This document shows, in pieces, positions 1 to 12,113 of a stretch of 64,000 nucleotides of DNA. This stretch comes from Octopus bimaculoides (lineage: Eukaryota), in contig NC_068990.1 of NCBI RefSeq assembly GCF_001194135.2, positions 67,308,207 to 67,372,206 on the forward strand. The letters are read 5' to 3'. Within the stretch, counting starts at the first letter, position 1. Each line of letters opens with the position of its first letter. The notes beneath the pieces are model-generated. The model had not been told where the DNA came from. It saw only the letters and a program-made list of their open reading frames with translations, and did not search any database. A program made the position numbers and the translations under genes.

Positions 1-235
1 ATCTTGTCTTGCAAGTTACTTAGTGACTTCACTAGTGTTGGTGCCACAAAAAAAAAAAGGATCTAATACATTCTGTAAAGTGGTTGGTGTTAGGAAGGGC
101 ATCTAGCTGTGAAAACCATGCCAAAGCAGATGCTGAAACCTGGTGCAATCCCTTGGCTTGTTGGTTCCTGTTGAACCAGCCAACTTATACCAGCAAGGAA
201 GATGGGATGTTAAATGAAGACAAGGATGATATATT
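1..235 (+). mobile_element. Family A non-autonomous retroposon / RTE-like LINE 3' tail (one of roughly 25 copies in the window)
   Basis: Diagnostic core GTTAGGAAGGGCATC(C/T)AGCTGT..AAACC followed by a CCAAC..ATGCCAGCATGG-like segment and a (GAT)n tail. Related copies at about 4170-4430(-), 10185-10440(-), 13095-13230(+), 17690-17920(-), 20590-20960(+), 20975-21340(-), 22200-22440(-), 27500-27710(+), 29060-29300(+), 33480-33660(+), 37540-37920(+), 40190-40410(+), 43654-43820(+), 56400-56600(-), 57170-57410(+). RTE assignment inferred from the short-tandem-repeat tail. Confidence 0.75.
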
Positions 236-1344
236 TCTAGAATTGGTACATGATCTAAAGACAGCCTGAATTGCCATGGACTGATTAGAAAATGTGCACT
301 ACCAAAGTATGTGTTGGGTTGTGATTTCATAAACACACAGTTTTGCCTGGAACATTCATTTTTTCCTTCTCAGGGCCCATCTATATGCAACCTAATTTGT
401 TTACATCTGACATCTAATAGTGGTCTAAATATAGAGACTGTCACTCCTAATAATTTTTCCATTTATTTGGATTGTGTCTGATCTGTATATATAGCATCTG
501 AAAAACATTATTACTGTTGTTGTTGTTGTTGTTGTTACCGTGTAAACACATAGTTTACAGTAATATTCTTCTATAATGGAAATATATCTGAAGGAATAAA
601 CATTTTTTTATGTTGTAGATATTTTCTGAGTAGGAGACTTCAAAAGAAAAAAAAAGATGACAAACAAACATACATAAACAAACACATGAATGGATGTATG
701 AATGAATGAATGTGTGTTGTGTGTGTATGTGTTTGCATTTGTGAATGATTGCTCTTAAAACAGTTGTCACAAACAGAGGAGGAGGATATGTTTGTGGAAC
801 CATGTAAAGAAGATCTTCTGCAAAGGAATAAAAAAAAAAGTCAAATTTTGGTTAAACATTTTAGATCACATAAGAAAAAAACTAAAATTGGAAACAACAG
901 TAACAACAACAAAATTAACAAGTATCATAATGACTTCAAACTCTTGTACAAGGGTCACACATGTCGATCAGAGAAGTATAATACATGCATGTTGTTTATT
1001 TTATTGATAATGGAAGGATGAAAGCTAAGCCAGTTTTGTTAGGGTTTGGACTATGAATGCAAAGAAATGCTACCAAATACTGCAAAGCATTTGGTGCTAG
1101 AGCAATAATATACTCTTTTTACCAGCCCACTCCCCTACAACTACAACCACCACTATCACCACCACTACTACTACTACTAATGATATTTATCTAAAGGAAA
1201 GGCTATGCATTATGGGAGAAAAGGGTACTCAATATCCTTGACCTACATATATAACAGTTTTGAAGTGGAACTATAAAGAAATATAATTACATTCTACAAG
1301 TTTCCCACTCTGGTACTTTAATAATAATAATAATAATAATAATA

Positions 1345-1754
1345 CATAGAGCACCGAAGGACAGATATAGTAACCTTTAGGAGGGGCAAACAAGAGTGCC
1401 TAATAATCGACGTGGCAGTGCCCAGGAGATCAACATATTATCATGAAAAAAAAGAGAGAAGATTGATAAATATGGAGACCTGAGAACTGAGATCACCAAG
1501 ATGTGGCAGCGACGAGAGCATAAATGCTGTCCCTACTGTTATTAGACAATTGGACTCAATACCACCCAACCTGAAGAAATATCTGGAAACTTTAGAAATA
1601 CCTTACAATCTAAGTGTTTTGCAAAAATTGGCATTACTTGGAATTGCACACATATTGCATCAAGTACTATCCATCTGAAGTCCTTGTGACTTGACAGACA
1701 GTGCAAACCCCTGATATCTTCAATCAACATCATGATACTGGATACTGTGTATCC
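1345..1754 (+). mobile_element. 5'-truncated R4/Dong-clade non-LTR retrotransposon (restriction-like endonuclease C-terminus plus 3' UTR), frameshifted
   Basis: Manual translation across two frameshifts: EHRRTDIV..KQECLIIDVAVP(G)DQHIIMK..EKIDKYGDLRTEITKMWQ..SINAVPTVIRQLDSIPPNLKKYLETLEIPYNLSVLQKLALLGIAHILHQVLSI* (TGA 1676-1678). This is the PD..D / EK..KY.DL RLE signature. Flanked on both sides by (AAT)n. Confidence 0.85.
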
Positions 1755-1798
1755 ATAATAATAATAACAACAATAATTATAATAATAGTAATAATAAC

Positions 1799-1855
<57 letters not shown>

Positions 1856-2508
1856 TTCTAATACAGATACAAGAACTGCATTTCTGAGGTGAAAGGGTTA
1901 GTTGATAACATTGATCTCTGTACTTGTCAGGTACACTTTTTATTAATCTTAAAAAAATTCAGAACAAAGTTGACCTCTGAGGGATTCGAACTCCACAAGT
2001 AAAAAGCTGGAAGAGATATTGCAAGACATTTTTTTCCTGACATACTAAGGATTCTACTCATCAGGTAACCTAATAATGATAGTAATGGTTTCTACTAAAG
2101 GCACAAGGCCTGGAATTTGTGAGGAAGGGGATAGTTGATTACATTGGTCCCCAGTGCTTGACTGGCACTTATTTTATTGACCCTGAAAGGACGACAAGCA
2201 AATTTGAACTTAGGATGTAAAAATGAATGAAGTGCAGCAAAGCATTTTGTTCAGTGTGCTGATGATTTTGTCAGCCCGACATTTTTAATACTAATAATAA
2301 TCCTTTGTACTATAGGCACAAGGCCTGAAATTCTGGGTGAGGTGATAGGTGATTACATTGACCCCAGTACTTAACTGGTACTCTTTTTATTGACCCAGAA
2401 GGGATGAAAGGTTGACCTCGGTGGAATTTGAACTCAGAACATAAAGACAGATGAAATGAGGTTAAGCATTTTGCCCGGCGTGCTAACAATTCTGCTAAGC
2501 TCGCCACC

Positions 2509-2552
<44 letters not shown>

Positions 2553-3155
2553 CTTTTCTACTATTGGTACAAGGACTGAAATTTGGTGGAAGAGGACGAG
2601 TTGATAACATCGAACCCAGTACTTGACTGGAAGAAGAAGAAGAAGAAGAAGAAGAAATGTTGACCACTTGGTATAAACACCCAAACTTCTACTTGAGAGG
2701 CTGAGGGATAGTAGAATTGTGACTCATACTATTGGCCTGTAGAAAAGTACAATCCTGCATTCTGCAAGAAGTGTAAGAAAGATTCTTGAGATCTGAGGAG
2801 AATTGTTTTCACCTAACCTCAAGAAAATATCCCTGCTAACTGATAGGACATATAATAGTTATATCAATAATTGCTGCAAATTTTAGCAAAAGTCTAGCAA
2901 TCTTAGAGGTGGATTTTAGTCAATTACATTGACCCCAGTAACTTCACTGGTACTTGATTTTTACTGAATTTGCAAAAATGAAACCCAAAGTTGACCTCAG
3001 CAGAATTATGTTCTGCATTGAAAGAACATAAACAGCCAGAAGTAAAATCACTAAACTTTTATCTGACTTGCTAAATGATTCTGCCAGCTCAAGGCTATAA
3101 TAATAATAAGAATAATAACAATAACAATAATAATAATAATAATAATAATAATAAT

Positions 3156-3204
<49 letters not shown>

Positions 3205-3416
3205 TTCCTTTCTACTAAAGGCACAAGGCCTGAAATTTGGGGGAGGGGTATAGTTGATTACATTGACTCCAGTGCTCAGCTGGTACTTATTTATCAACCC
3301 CGAAAGGATGAAAGGCAAAGTCGATACTGGCGGAATTTGAACTCAGAAAGTAGCGACAAGCGAAATACCGCTAAGCATTTTGCCCTGCATGCTAGCAATT
3401 TTGTCAGCTCACCACC

Positions 3417-3462
<46 letters not shown>

Positions 3463-3730
3463 CGATGATGATGATAATAATAATAGTAATCCTTTCTACC
3501 TACTATAGGCACAAAGCCCGAAATCTTTTAGGAGGGATGGGCTATATGATTATACCAACTCTGCCAGCTCGCCACCTTAATTATAATAATAATAATAATA
3601 CTAATACTACTAATAATAATAATGATGATAATGATGGTAATAATAGTAATAATAATAATGATAATGATGATAACAATGACAATGATTTCTTACCTTGGTA
3701 CAAGACCTTGAATTTACAGTGTAGGGGCAT
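1856..3730 (-). mobile_element. Cluster of about 8 co-oriented SINE family B copies (full and partial) separated by (AAT)n
   Basis: Repeated unit TTTCTACTA.AGGCACAAGGCCTGAAATT...GACCCCAGT..CTGGTACTT..TTATTGACCC.GAAAGGATGAAAGGCAAAGTCGAC..GGAATTTGAACTCAGAA...CAGCTCGCCACCTT. On the minus strand it starts with a tRNA-like head carrying a B-box-like GTTCAAATTCC. Units start near 1856, 2088, 2303, 2553, 2880, 3206, 3491, 3685. Confidence 0.85.
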
Positions 3731-3789
3731 AAAAATTAAAATTAAAATAAATCATAGAAGCAAGACACTAAAATAAAACCAAGGGAAAG

Positions 3790-4150
3790 TGGAAATGAAG
3801 GACTTGTGCAGGCTAAACAACAATAAAAATGTAAAGTTCCTCATCTGCTGCCTGGATATAAAAAAAAAATATAGTTGTTGGGAATATTTGTTAAGAATAG
3901 CATAACATTGTATTGATGGTTTTGGCAGTCGGCTGTGCAAAGTAAAAATGATTGAATGGAGAATTATTCTGTGAAGGATAAAGTCAGATGGGATACAGTG
4001 ACCAAAATGGAAAACAAGATTGAAAATTCTCTTGGAATTTTGACTGCCACATGCATAAATCCATCACTTCCAGAAGGCCTAACATAATTTTTCAGAAAAA
4101 CATCCAGGAAAACCACAAAAGAAAAGTGAGAAATATCAAGCACCAGAGAA
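3790..4150 (+). mobile_element. Heavily decayed second R4/Dong-like fragment (zinc-knuckle to RLE region)
   Basis: Frame-hopping remnants DLCRL, EYLLR.HNIV, KFSWNFDCHMHKSITSRRPNII and KEK.EKYQ match the order of motifs C-terminal to RT in R4-clade elements. Many stops and indels. Confidence 0.4.
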
Positions 4151-4437
4151 TAAAATATTACATATATCAGCATCATCATCATTTTAATGTCCCCCTTTCC
4201 ATGCTTGCATAAGTCTGAAAAAGATTCGTTGTAGCAGATTTTCTACAGCTGGCTGCTCTTGTTGTTGCCAACTCTTACCTGTTTCCAATTCAGAAAATAT
4301 TTCCTGTAATCCTTCGAACACTAACAACAGAATGGCCAAACACTTTTCATCATGGATGATTACAAATAAAACCACAATGCTTTTATGACAATGCTGGTTG
4401 TTTACAACTAACTTGTGATATGCAATGAAAAGACAAA

Positions 4438-5373
4438 NNNNNNNNNNNNNNNNNNNNNNNNNNNNNNNNNNNNNNNNNNNNNNNNNNNNNNNNNNNNNNN
4501 NNNNNNNNNNNNNNNNNNNNNNNNNNNNNNNNNNNNNNNNNNNNNNNNNNNNNNNNNNNNNNNNNNNNNNNNNNNNNNNNNNNNNNNNNNNNNNNNNNNN
4601 NNNNNNNNNNNNNNNNNNNNNNNNNNNNNNNNNNNNNNNNNNNNNNNNNNNNNNNNNNNNNNNNNNNNNNNNNNNNNNNNNNNNNNNNNNNNNNNNNNNN
4701 NNNNNNNNNNNNNNNNNNNNNNNNNNNNNNNNNNNNNNNNNNNNNNNNNNNNNNNNNNNNNNNNNNNNNNNNNNNNNNNNNNNNNNNNNNNNNNNNNNNN
4801 NNNNNNNNNNNNNNNNNNNNNNNNNNNNNNNNNNNNNNNNNNNNNNNNNNNNNNNNNNNNNNNNNNNNNNNNNNNNNNNNNNNNNNNNNNNNNNNNNNNN
4901 NNNNNNNNNNNNNNNNNNNNNNNNNNNNNNNNNNNNNNNNNNNNNNNNNNNNNNNNNNNNNNNNNNNNNNNNNNNNNNNNNNNNNNNNNNNNNNNNNNNN
5001 NNNNNNNNNNNNNNNNNNNNNNNNNNNNNNNNNNNNNNNNNNNNNNNNNNNNNNNNNNNNNNNNNNNNNNNNNNNNNNNNNNNNNNNNNNNNNNNNNNNN
5101 NNNNNNNNNNNNNNNNNNNNNNNNNNNNNNNNNNNNNNNNNNNNNNNNNNNNNNNNNNNNNNNNNNNNNNNNNNNNNNNNNNNNNNNNNNNNNNNNNNNN
5201 NNNNNNNNNNNNNNNNNNNNNNNNNNNNNNNNNNNNNNNNNNNNNNNNNNNNNNNNNNNNNNNNNNNNNNNNNNNNNNNNNNNNNNNNNNNNNNNNNNNN
5301 NNNNNNNNNNNNNNNNNNNNNNNNNNNNNNNNNNNNNNNNNNNNNNNNNNNNNNNNNNNNNNNNNNNNNNNNN
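4438..5373. other. Assembly gap (largest of 11 N-runs)
   Basis: N-runs at 4438-5373, 8953-8962, 9129-9138, 18915-19319, 34563-34662, 36415-36498, 45070-45079, 47646-47743, 50812-51007, 53726-54500, 62352-62667. Most abut (AT)n, (GT)n or (AAT)n tracts. Confidence 0.99.
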
Positions 5374-5424
<51 letters not shown>

Positions 5425-5758
5425 TATATATATTCTTTTACCTGTTTCAATCATTAGTCAGTGGTCATGCTAGAGCACTACCTTTAGTGGAACAAATTGA
5501 CCCCAGACTTATTCTTTATAAGCCTTGTACTTATCCTATCGGCCTCTTTTGCTGAACCGCTAAGTTATGAGGATGTAAACACACCAATATCGGTTGTCAA
5601 GCAATGATGGGAAGACAAACACACACACAAACATATATATATGACAGGCTGCTTTCAGTTTCCATCTACCAAATCCACTCAGAGTGTTTTGGTCAGCCCA
5701 AGGCTACAGTAGAAGACACTTGCCCAAGGTTGGGAAGCAAGCTTTTTTCTACACAGCC

Positions 5759-5807
<49 letters not shown>

Positions 5808-6459
5808 TATCATCATCGTTGTAATTTCCACCTTCACATGGGTGAGTCAGAAATTGTTGAGGTATATATTCTACAGCCAGATGCCTTCCCTGTCACTAAC
5901 CCTCCCCTGTTTCTAAGTAAGATGGTATTTCACTGTGACTAGACATGTTTTCACAGATTTAGAATGAAGGATACTACTTGCATGACTGAAACATTTCTTT
6001 AGAACTTATTTTCTGTCTTTTACATGTTTCAGCCATTGGACTGTGGCCATCATGCTGGGGTACCACCACCTTGAAGAGTTTAGTCAAACAAAACAATGTC
6101 AGCATTGGTCTCTTAATGCTGGACTGTTAAGTTTCAGGGACATAACAAAAAGAATAACCACCATTTGTCAACCAGTAGTGCTAGGGACAAATACATACAC
6201 ATATATATATATACATATTAATTGCTAGCAAGGAGACAGTATTTCATTTTGAAACTGTAATATACAACCGAGTATATTAAAGGTTGACAAGTCAATATTG
6301 TATGTTATTTTTGTGTTGGCAGTGCAATTTTTCTATTTTTAAGTTTATCTCTACAGATTTCCTCTTGAATAAATATAAGTTACGAAGCATTGTAACTTTC
6401 AGTACAGGCTCTGAATTCAATAGAAAATCTATAGAGATAAGCTTAAATATACATATGCT

Positions 6460-6857
6460 CTTTTACTCTTTTACTTGTTTCAGTCATTTGACTGTGGCCA
6501 TGCTGGAGCACCGCCTTTAGTCGAGCAAATCGACCCCAGGACTTATTCTTTGTAAGCCTAGTACTTATTCTATCAGTCTCTTTGCCGAACCGCTAAGTTA
6601 TGTGGACGTAAACACACCAGCATCGGTTGTCAAGCGATGTTGGAGGGACAAACACAGACACACAAACATATACACACACATATATATACATATATACGAC
6701 GGGCTTCTTTCAGTTTCCGTCTACCAAATCCACTCACAAGGCTTTAGTCGGCCCGAGGCTATAGTAGAAGACACTTGCCCAAGGTGCCATGCAATGGGAC
6801 TGAACCTGGAACCATGTGGTTGGTAAGCAAGCTACTTACCACACAGCCACTCCTACG
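6460..6857 (-). mobile_element. SINE family C, near full length and young (CpGs retained); tRNA head plus CORE-like segment, internal (CA/TA)n, AGTAAAAG tail
   Basis: Minus strand reads AGGAGTGGCTGTGTGGTAAGTAGCTTGCTTACCAACCACATGGTTCCAGGTTCAGTCCC..GGCACCTTGGGCAAGTGTCTTCTACTATAGCC. CCTTGGGCAAGT resembles the CORE-SINE motif. About 20 related copies in the window. Confidence 0.9.
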
Positions 6858-7174
6858 AAATACATAAACACACACGCATATATATATATATATATACAAG
6901 CAAAGCAGCTAGTTATGAAATCTCTCTAAGAGAGGAAGGCAGTAACTGAACTGGCAAGTAATGTTTGTCACTACTTCATCATGGCTGTTTTATACGAATG
7001 GATGTTACTATGATTTTTTAAATCCAAAAGGACCGTTCCTTTAGTTGGTTAACAATGCATCCTGCATCCAATATATTGCAAGCAAGGAAGTGAACCCCTA
7101 CTACCTTCCAGTGACAGGACCAACAGACTAACCTGGTTTCAGGCTATTTATGCCCATCCTCAGTGCTGGATACA

Positions 7175-7581
7175 ATTTCCTTCACATTTCCAGGGGTGAC
7201 ACTCGTGCCAGGTCTTCCAGATCACTCATTATCTTTTGTTCTTCCGCATTTGAAGTGGCTGTGCCACTTAAAACATTGTGTATGGCCCAGTGCCTCATCA
7301 CTGTAAGCTTACTGAAGCATACTCAGTGTCTTTGGAGCAGACTTCCCAAGTTTAATGCAAAATTTCACGTTGACTTTTTGTTCCAACTTCCTGTCCATGA
7401 CAAAATCACAGACTACAGTATATACCTGATCACAAAAACACAAATTTCACCACTTGTTAAGTAAACACAGCACACTGCCTCATGAAGGTCACTACGAGCT
7501 CTCACTGCACATACAACCTTGTGCTGCCATCTGTTGATGCACTACAGAACTAGTCTGGGAAATTTTTGATACCACCTTGTA
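7175..7581 (-). mobile_element. Mariner 5' end with N-terminal transposase pseudogene
   Basis: TA+CAAGGTGGTATCAAAAATTTCCC terminus ending at 7581. ATG at 7398 reads MDRKLEQKVNVKFCIKLGKSAPKTLSMLQ*AYSDEALGHTQCFKWHSHFKCGRT..SGRPGTSVTPGNVKEI (mariner EQR..IKF / W..RF..G / SGRP motifs). Confidence 0.85.
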
Positions 7582-7698
7582 AGTCACTAGCATATTTGTA
7601 AGGAGTATTAATCTTGTGCTGCATTGACTCTTCATCTTCTTACTTGTCTTGTGTATATATGGATGGATGGCTAGGTAACTGTGTGTTATGCATGTATG

Positions 7699-7754
<56 letters not shown>

Positions 7755-8559
7755 TGTGTAAATATACACAAATATATATACGTATCTATACTCCTAGTCT
7801 CTCACACATGCACAAATATCTATATCAATCAATCTATCTGTCTATATATTTATAAATATATATATACACACACACATATATATACGCTTATATATACGCT
7901 TATATCAACGGATATATATTTATAAGTACATATAAACATAAGTGCGTGCGTGTGTGTATGTGTGCGTACGTGTGTCTGTCTGTGTGTGTGTGTGTGTGTG
8001 TACACAAAAAATAAAAATGTCCTCTGCAAAGCAGCAAATATCTTTGTGTATATTTTCCTGTATGCTTTTTTTCTTTTCAGAATTATAAAAAAGAAGAGTA
8101 AAATAAATCACACATTCAAAGCAAATAAAATTTCTTAATGAGTTAAATTGTTCAGTGTTTTTTAATTCTGATTTTCAATAAATAAACATGTTTTAAATAA
8201 GTATTCACTAATCAACTTAACTTGAAAATCCAGAATCATTGCATTCTGAACCTTTATCATGTTGATCAATTTGCTGTTTCTATTGATTTTTGAAGTCATG
8301 TTAAACTGACAAACCTAATACGCTGTTAAATAAACAACATTATTCATGCTTTTTACCATTCAAATCATCTTGTATGTCATTGAGCAATGTTTTTGGCTCT
8401 CTGAAGATCTAAGTTAGTTATATCATGCCACTTTGATTTGTACCGGATTCTTACTTATTTATACAACAACATCATCATCATCACCATCATCATCACCATC
8501 ACCATCATCATCATTTTAATGTCCACTTTCCCATGCTTGAAAGGGTTGGATGGACTATA

Positions 8560-8952
8560 TTGGGAAGGACTTATGTCTGGCAACAGGACTCTGCACCATG
8601 CCACACAAGCAGGAAAACCCATTCATGGCTGTCAGACCACATCACCCCTAACATCTGGCCACCTAACTCCCCCAAACTGCATCCCACTTCATTATCATGT
8701 GTGGGGCACAGTCGGGCAAGAGATCAACAAAACTCCTTGTAACACCAAAGATGAACTGAAGGCAAGGATTATGGTAGCATTCACTAACTTAAACAAGAAG
8801 ACTGTCCAGAAGAGTTGCAAGAGATTCTGAAGTCGTCTGGAGGCCATAGTTGAAGCCAATGGCGATTTTGTTGAATAAATTTACTCTTTAATATTTCAAG
8901 ATTTTTTACGTAATTTTGGTAAATATATCTGTTAAAATGAGATGTCAGTGTT
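8560..8952 (+). mobile_element. maT (DD37D) Tc1/mariner transposase 3' fragment
   Basis: GRTYVWQQDSAPCHTSRKTHSWLSDHITPNIWPPNSP, then a frameshift to ..YHVWGTVGQEINKTPCNTKDELKARIMVAFTNLNKKTVQKSCKRF*SRLEAIVEANGDFVE* (TAA 8876-8878). Cut by a gap at 8953. Confidence 0.9.
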
Positions 8953-8962
8953 NNNNNNNNNN

Positions 8963-9128
8963 AACATCATCATCATCACCATCATCATCACCATCACCAT
9001 CATCATCATTTTAATGTCCACTTTCCCATGCTTGAAAGGGTTGGATGGACTATATTGGGAAGGACTTATGTCTGGCAACAGGACTCTGCACCATGCCACA
9101 CAAGCAGGAAAACCCATTCATGGCTGTC
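8963..9128 (+). repeat. Identical 166-bp copy of 8468-8633 bracketed by two 10-N gaps; probable assembly artefact
   Basis: Base-for-base identity with both ends exactly at N-runs. Confidence 0.8.
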
Positions 9129-9138
9129 NNNNNNNNNN

Positions 9139-9169
<31 letters not shown>

Positions 9170-11992
9170 TTTTATCAAAACTATTGTCTTCACTGAACCT
9201 ATTCTAACCAGTACACTCAGCCTTCACTCCTTCTCACCTTCTGTAAGATCTGTCTTCAACCTATTTTCATTCTGTCAGTAATCAAATTTGTTATTTATCC
9301 CATATATCTAAAGTCTATGACATTGATCCATTTCCAAGGTCACATTGCCTTTTGTAATCATTCTATCCCTTTTGTCATGTTGCTTCCATCAAAAATTGTG
9401 CTGCTGCATGGTAATTTTGTTGCTCTACATCAGTGGGTAGACCCAGGCAGGTCTGGTGTCATGAAGGAAGGAATCAAAACACCTACAGAGCTGATGAGAC
9501 ATGAACTCTGCAATCAGAGATGAAGTACAGCAGTGCCTCTGTATGCAAGTGTTTGTGTTTACCCTAAATTTAAAACCTGTCACAAAATAACTAAATGCCC
9601 ATTCACTCAATGTCATATCACACATCCCTCTTAACATTATCATTCATGCCTCAATCTTTCATGCCTCTCACTTTGTAAAGAGGCTGACAAGTAGGAGACA
9701 CAAAAGTGATGTTGTCAGATCTCTTTCGATATGCTGAGGATATGACTATCTGTCTGGTGTTAGTGCCACTAAAAATAGCACCCAGCATACTCTGCACCGT
9801 GCAAGGTTATGAAGACCTTTCATTTTCTACTTAGTAAGTCTACATAACTAAATAAATGAATGTGGTATCAAAATTGAAACTATGGAATTTGGGCTGAGTA
9901 AATCTGCCACTTACCCTCTTAAGCATACTATCATTGCTTCATGAGAATCACTTTGCAGAGCTTGCCAATCATTTCCTTCCATGTCAGAAAATAACAGAAC
10001 TTCTCAGATGAAATGAAATTCAATACCTAAGTAGATATTACATGTTATTGAGTTATTGGATATCAAGTTTTAAGTTGCAAATCTACAGCAAGTGTCACAT
10101 TGTGCATATGTGTAATACATATAATTCTACGCATGGTCATTTAGCCAGTGGTCAGTTCTGCACACAAATATAATTCACTATCATCATCATTAATTAACAT
10201 CCCTCTTCCATGCTGGCATAGATTGGATGGTTTGACAGGATCCAGTGAGCCGGAGGATTCTACTGAGCTTAAATGTCTGCTTTGGCATGATTTCAATGGC
10301 TGAATGAACCCTCATAGCACCAAACAGTTTACAGAAGGTACTAGATGCTTTTTTTTTAGCACCAGCATGCATGGAGGTTGCCAAGTTACTTGCAAGACAG
10401 AGGAGAAAAAAAGCCTTTATGCCCGTCATTAAGAGGCTATGGTATGATAGATGGACAGGTACAAGTATCTTGCCATATGCATGCGTATTGGAGATAGCAG
10501 AAGCTATTAAAAGAAATATCATGGATTACGTGTTGGTGATTTGAACAGTTGGTGAATGAATATACAATAAGTCCACGACTACACTAAAACGTCATAACAA
10601 AATAAATAAAATTACTCATTTCAGACCCTTAAATATAATGCACGAAAACACAAGTTTGATGAAAACAAATCCAGTATTTGATTGGTAATTATTTTATCAT
10701 TTCCTAAAGGAAGATAAAATTAACCTGAGTATATGATTCGAATTTTAAACACCTAATCAACCATTCTAATATTGCCCTACCTATTCTCTTAATCCTTTGG
10801 CATTTAAACCAGTTTCAATTGGCCAAAATAATCTACCTGTCTATATTTTCAAACTGGCCAGATCTGGCCTTTCACACTTATGCCACAATATTATTCTAAA
10901 AATATACAACCATATCATTGAAATCTCAGAGCTACATGCGACAGAGAAATCTGAATTTTAAAGGGTTAAACTGCCATGCATCAGACAATAATTATTACAA
11001 TTTTTTTGTCAAGTCCATGTAAGAAACATATAATCTATTGAATTCAATTTATGTCCTTGCTTTTAGATGGCATTAAGAATGGAAAACAATGTTTAAGAAT
11101 CTTCTTTGTTTGGAAATATAGCATCATTTGTTTAATTTCACTCACATACACAATACCCACTACATGTCATCCTCTTCTACCATATCGGTCTCTTCTCTAC
11201 CTTCCTTCTCATTCCTTTGTTTTCTTCGTCTCTCTCTTTCTCTCTATCTCTGTTTGTCTCTCTTTATCTTTGTTTCAGTCTGTCTGTCTGTCTCTCTTCC
11301 TTTAACCTTGGTTGAGATGACAATTTCTTCGAGCTTAATTGGATTTTTGACAGAAACCTCTAACTCTCTAATGTTTTTCAGTTTAGTTTGCGTGTAAGAT
11401 TGATTAGTCAACCTCCTAACCAAACTCATTTCCCATTGGCTCTATTGTTAGACTTCTACAAGTTTCCATTTCCTTTCTCATCTGCGTGGTTATAAAACTT
11501 TAAAACAGAACAAACTTGTTTATTATGGTTTCATGATTGCAGCAGTTGTGATATTATATCTTTAAGGCACAGTAAATGCAGGTTCTGTATCAAACTCTAA
11601 CATTAAAATCATCAACGAAGTGTTTGGACAACTAATTCATAGTTTGGCTTTATTCTTTCGATATTAAAAAAGTTGATATATATATCCAGGTCCATACTGC
11701 TAAGTTCATCTTTACAAGCCTTTACACATATGTCACAGTTAATGATTCAGCCAGCAACTGGAGGAAGGTTGGTTATAAGAATTTATCTATCAGCAGGGAA
11801 GAGTAGTTAATAGATACTAAACCATCATCACCATCCTCATCATCCTCATCATCGTTGTTTTAATTAATGTCTGCTTTTCCACGCTTGCATGGATCAGAAA
11901 GAATTTATTGAAGCAGCTTGCTTATCGGTTGATGCCCTTCATGTCACCAATCCTCACCTGTTTCTAAGCAAGGTAATATTTCTCCATGGTTT

Positions 11993-12113
11993 AAGGCAGC
12001 AAGCTGGCAGAATCGTTAGCACATCAGGCAAAACAGCTAGTGGCATTTCATCCACATTTATGTTCTGAGTTCAAATTCCATTGAAGTTGACTTTGCCTTT
12101 CATCTGCTGAAAT
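11993..12113 (+). mobile_element. SINE family B 5' half inserted into a family A copy
   Basis: GGCAGCAAGCTGGCAGAATCGTTAGCAC...GTTCTGAGTTCAAATTCC...GACTTTGCCTTTCATC. The host sequence AATATTTCTCCATG is duplicated at 11975-11988 and 12142-12155. Confidence 0.75.

Noticed and set aside
1856-3730. Repeat-spacer periodicity superficially like a CRISPR array
   Set aside because: Units are about 200-bp diverged SINEs and the spacers are microsatellites; eukaryotic context and no cas genes.
8963-9128. Biological tandem duplication of the maT/family A junction
   Set aside because: 100% identical and delimited by 10-N gaps on both sides; most simply a scaffolding artefact.
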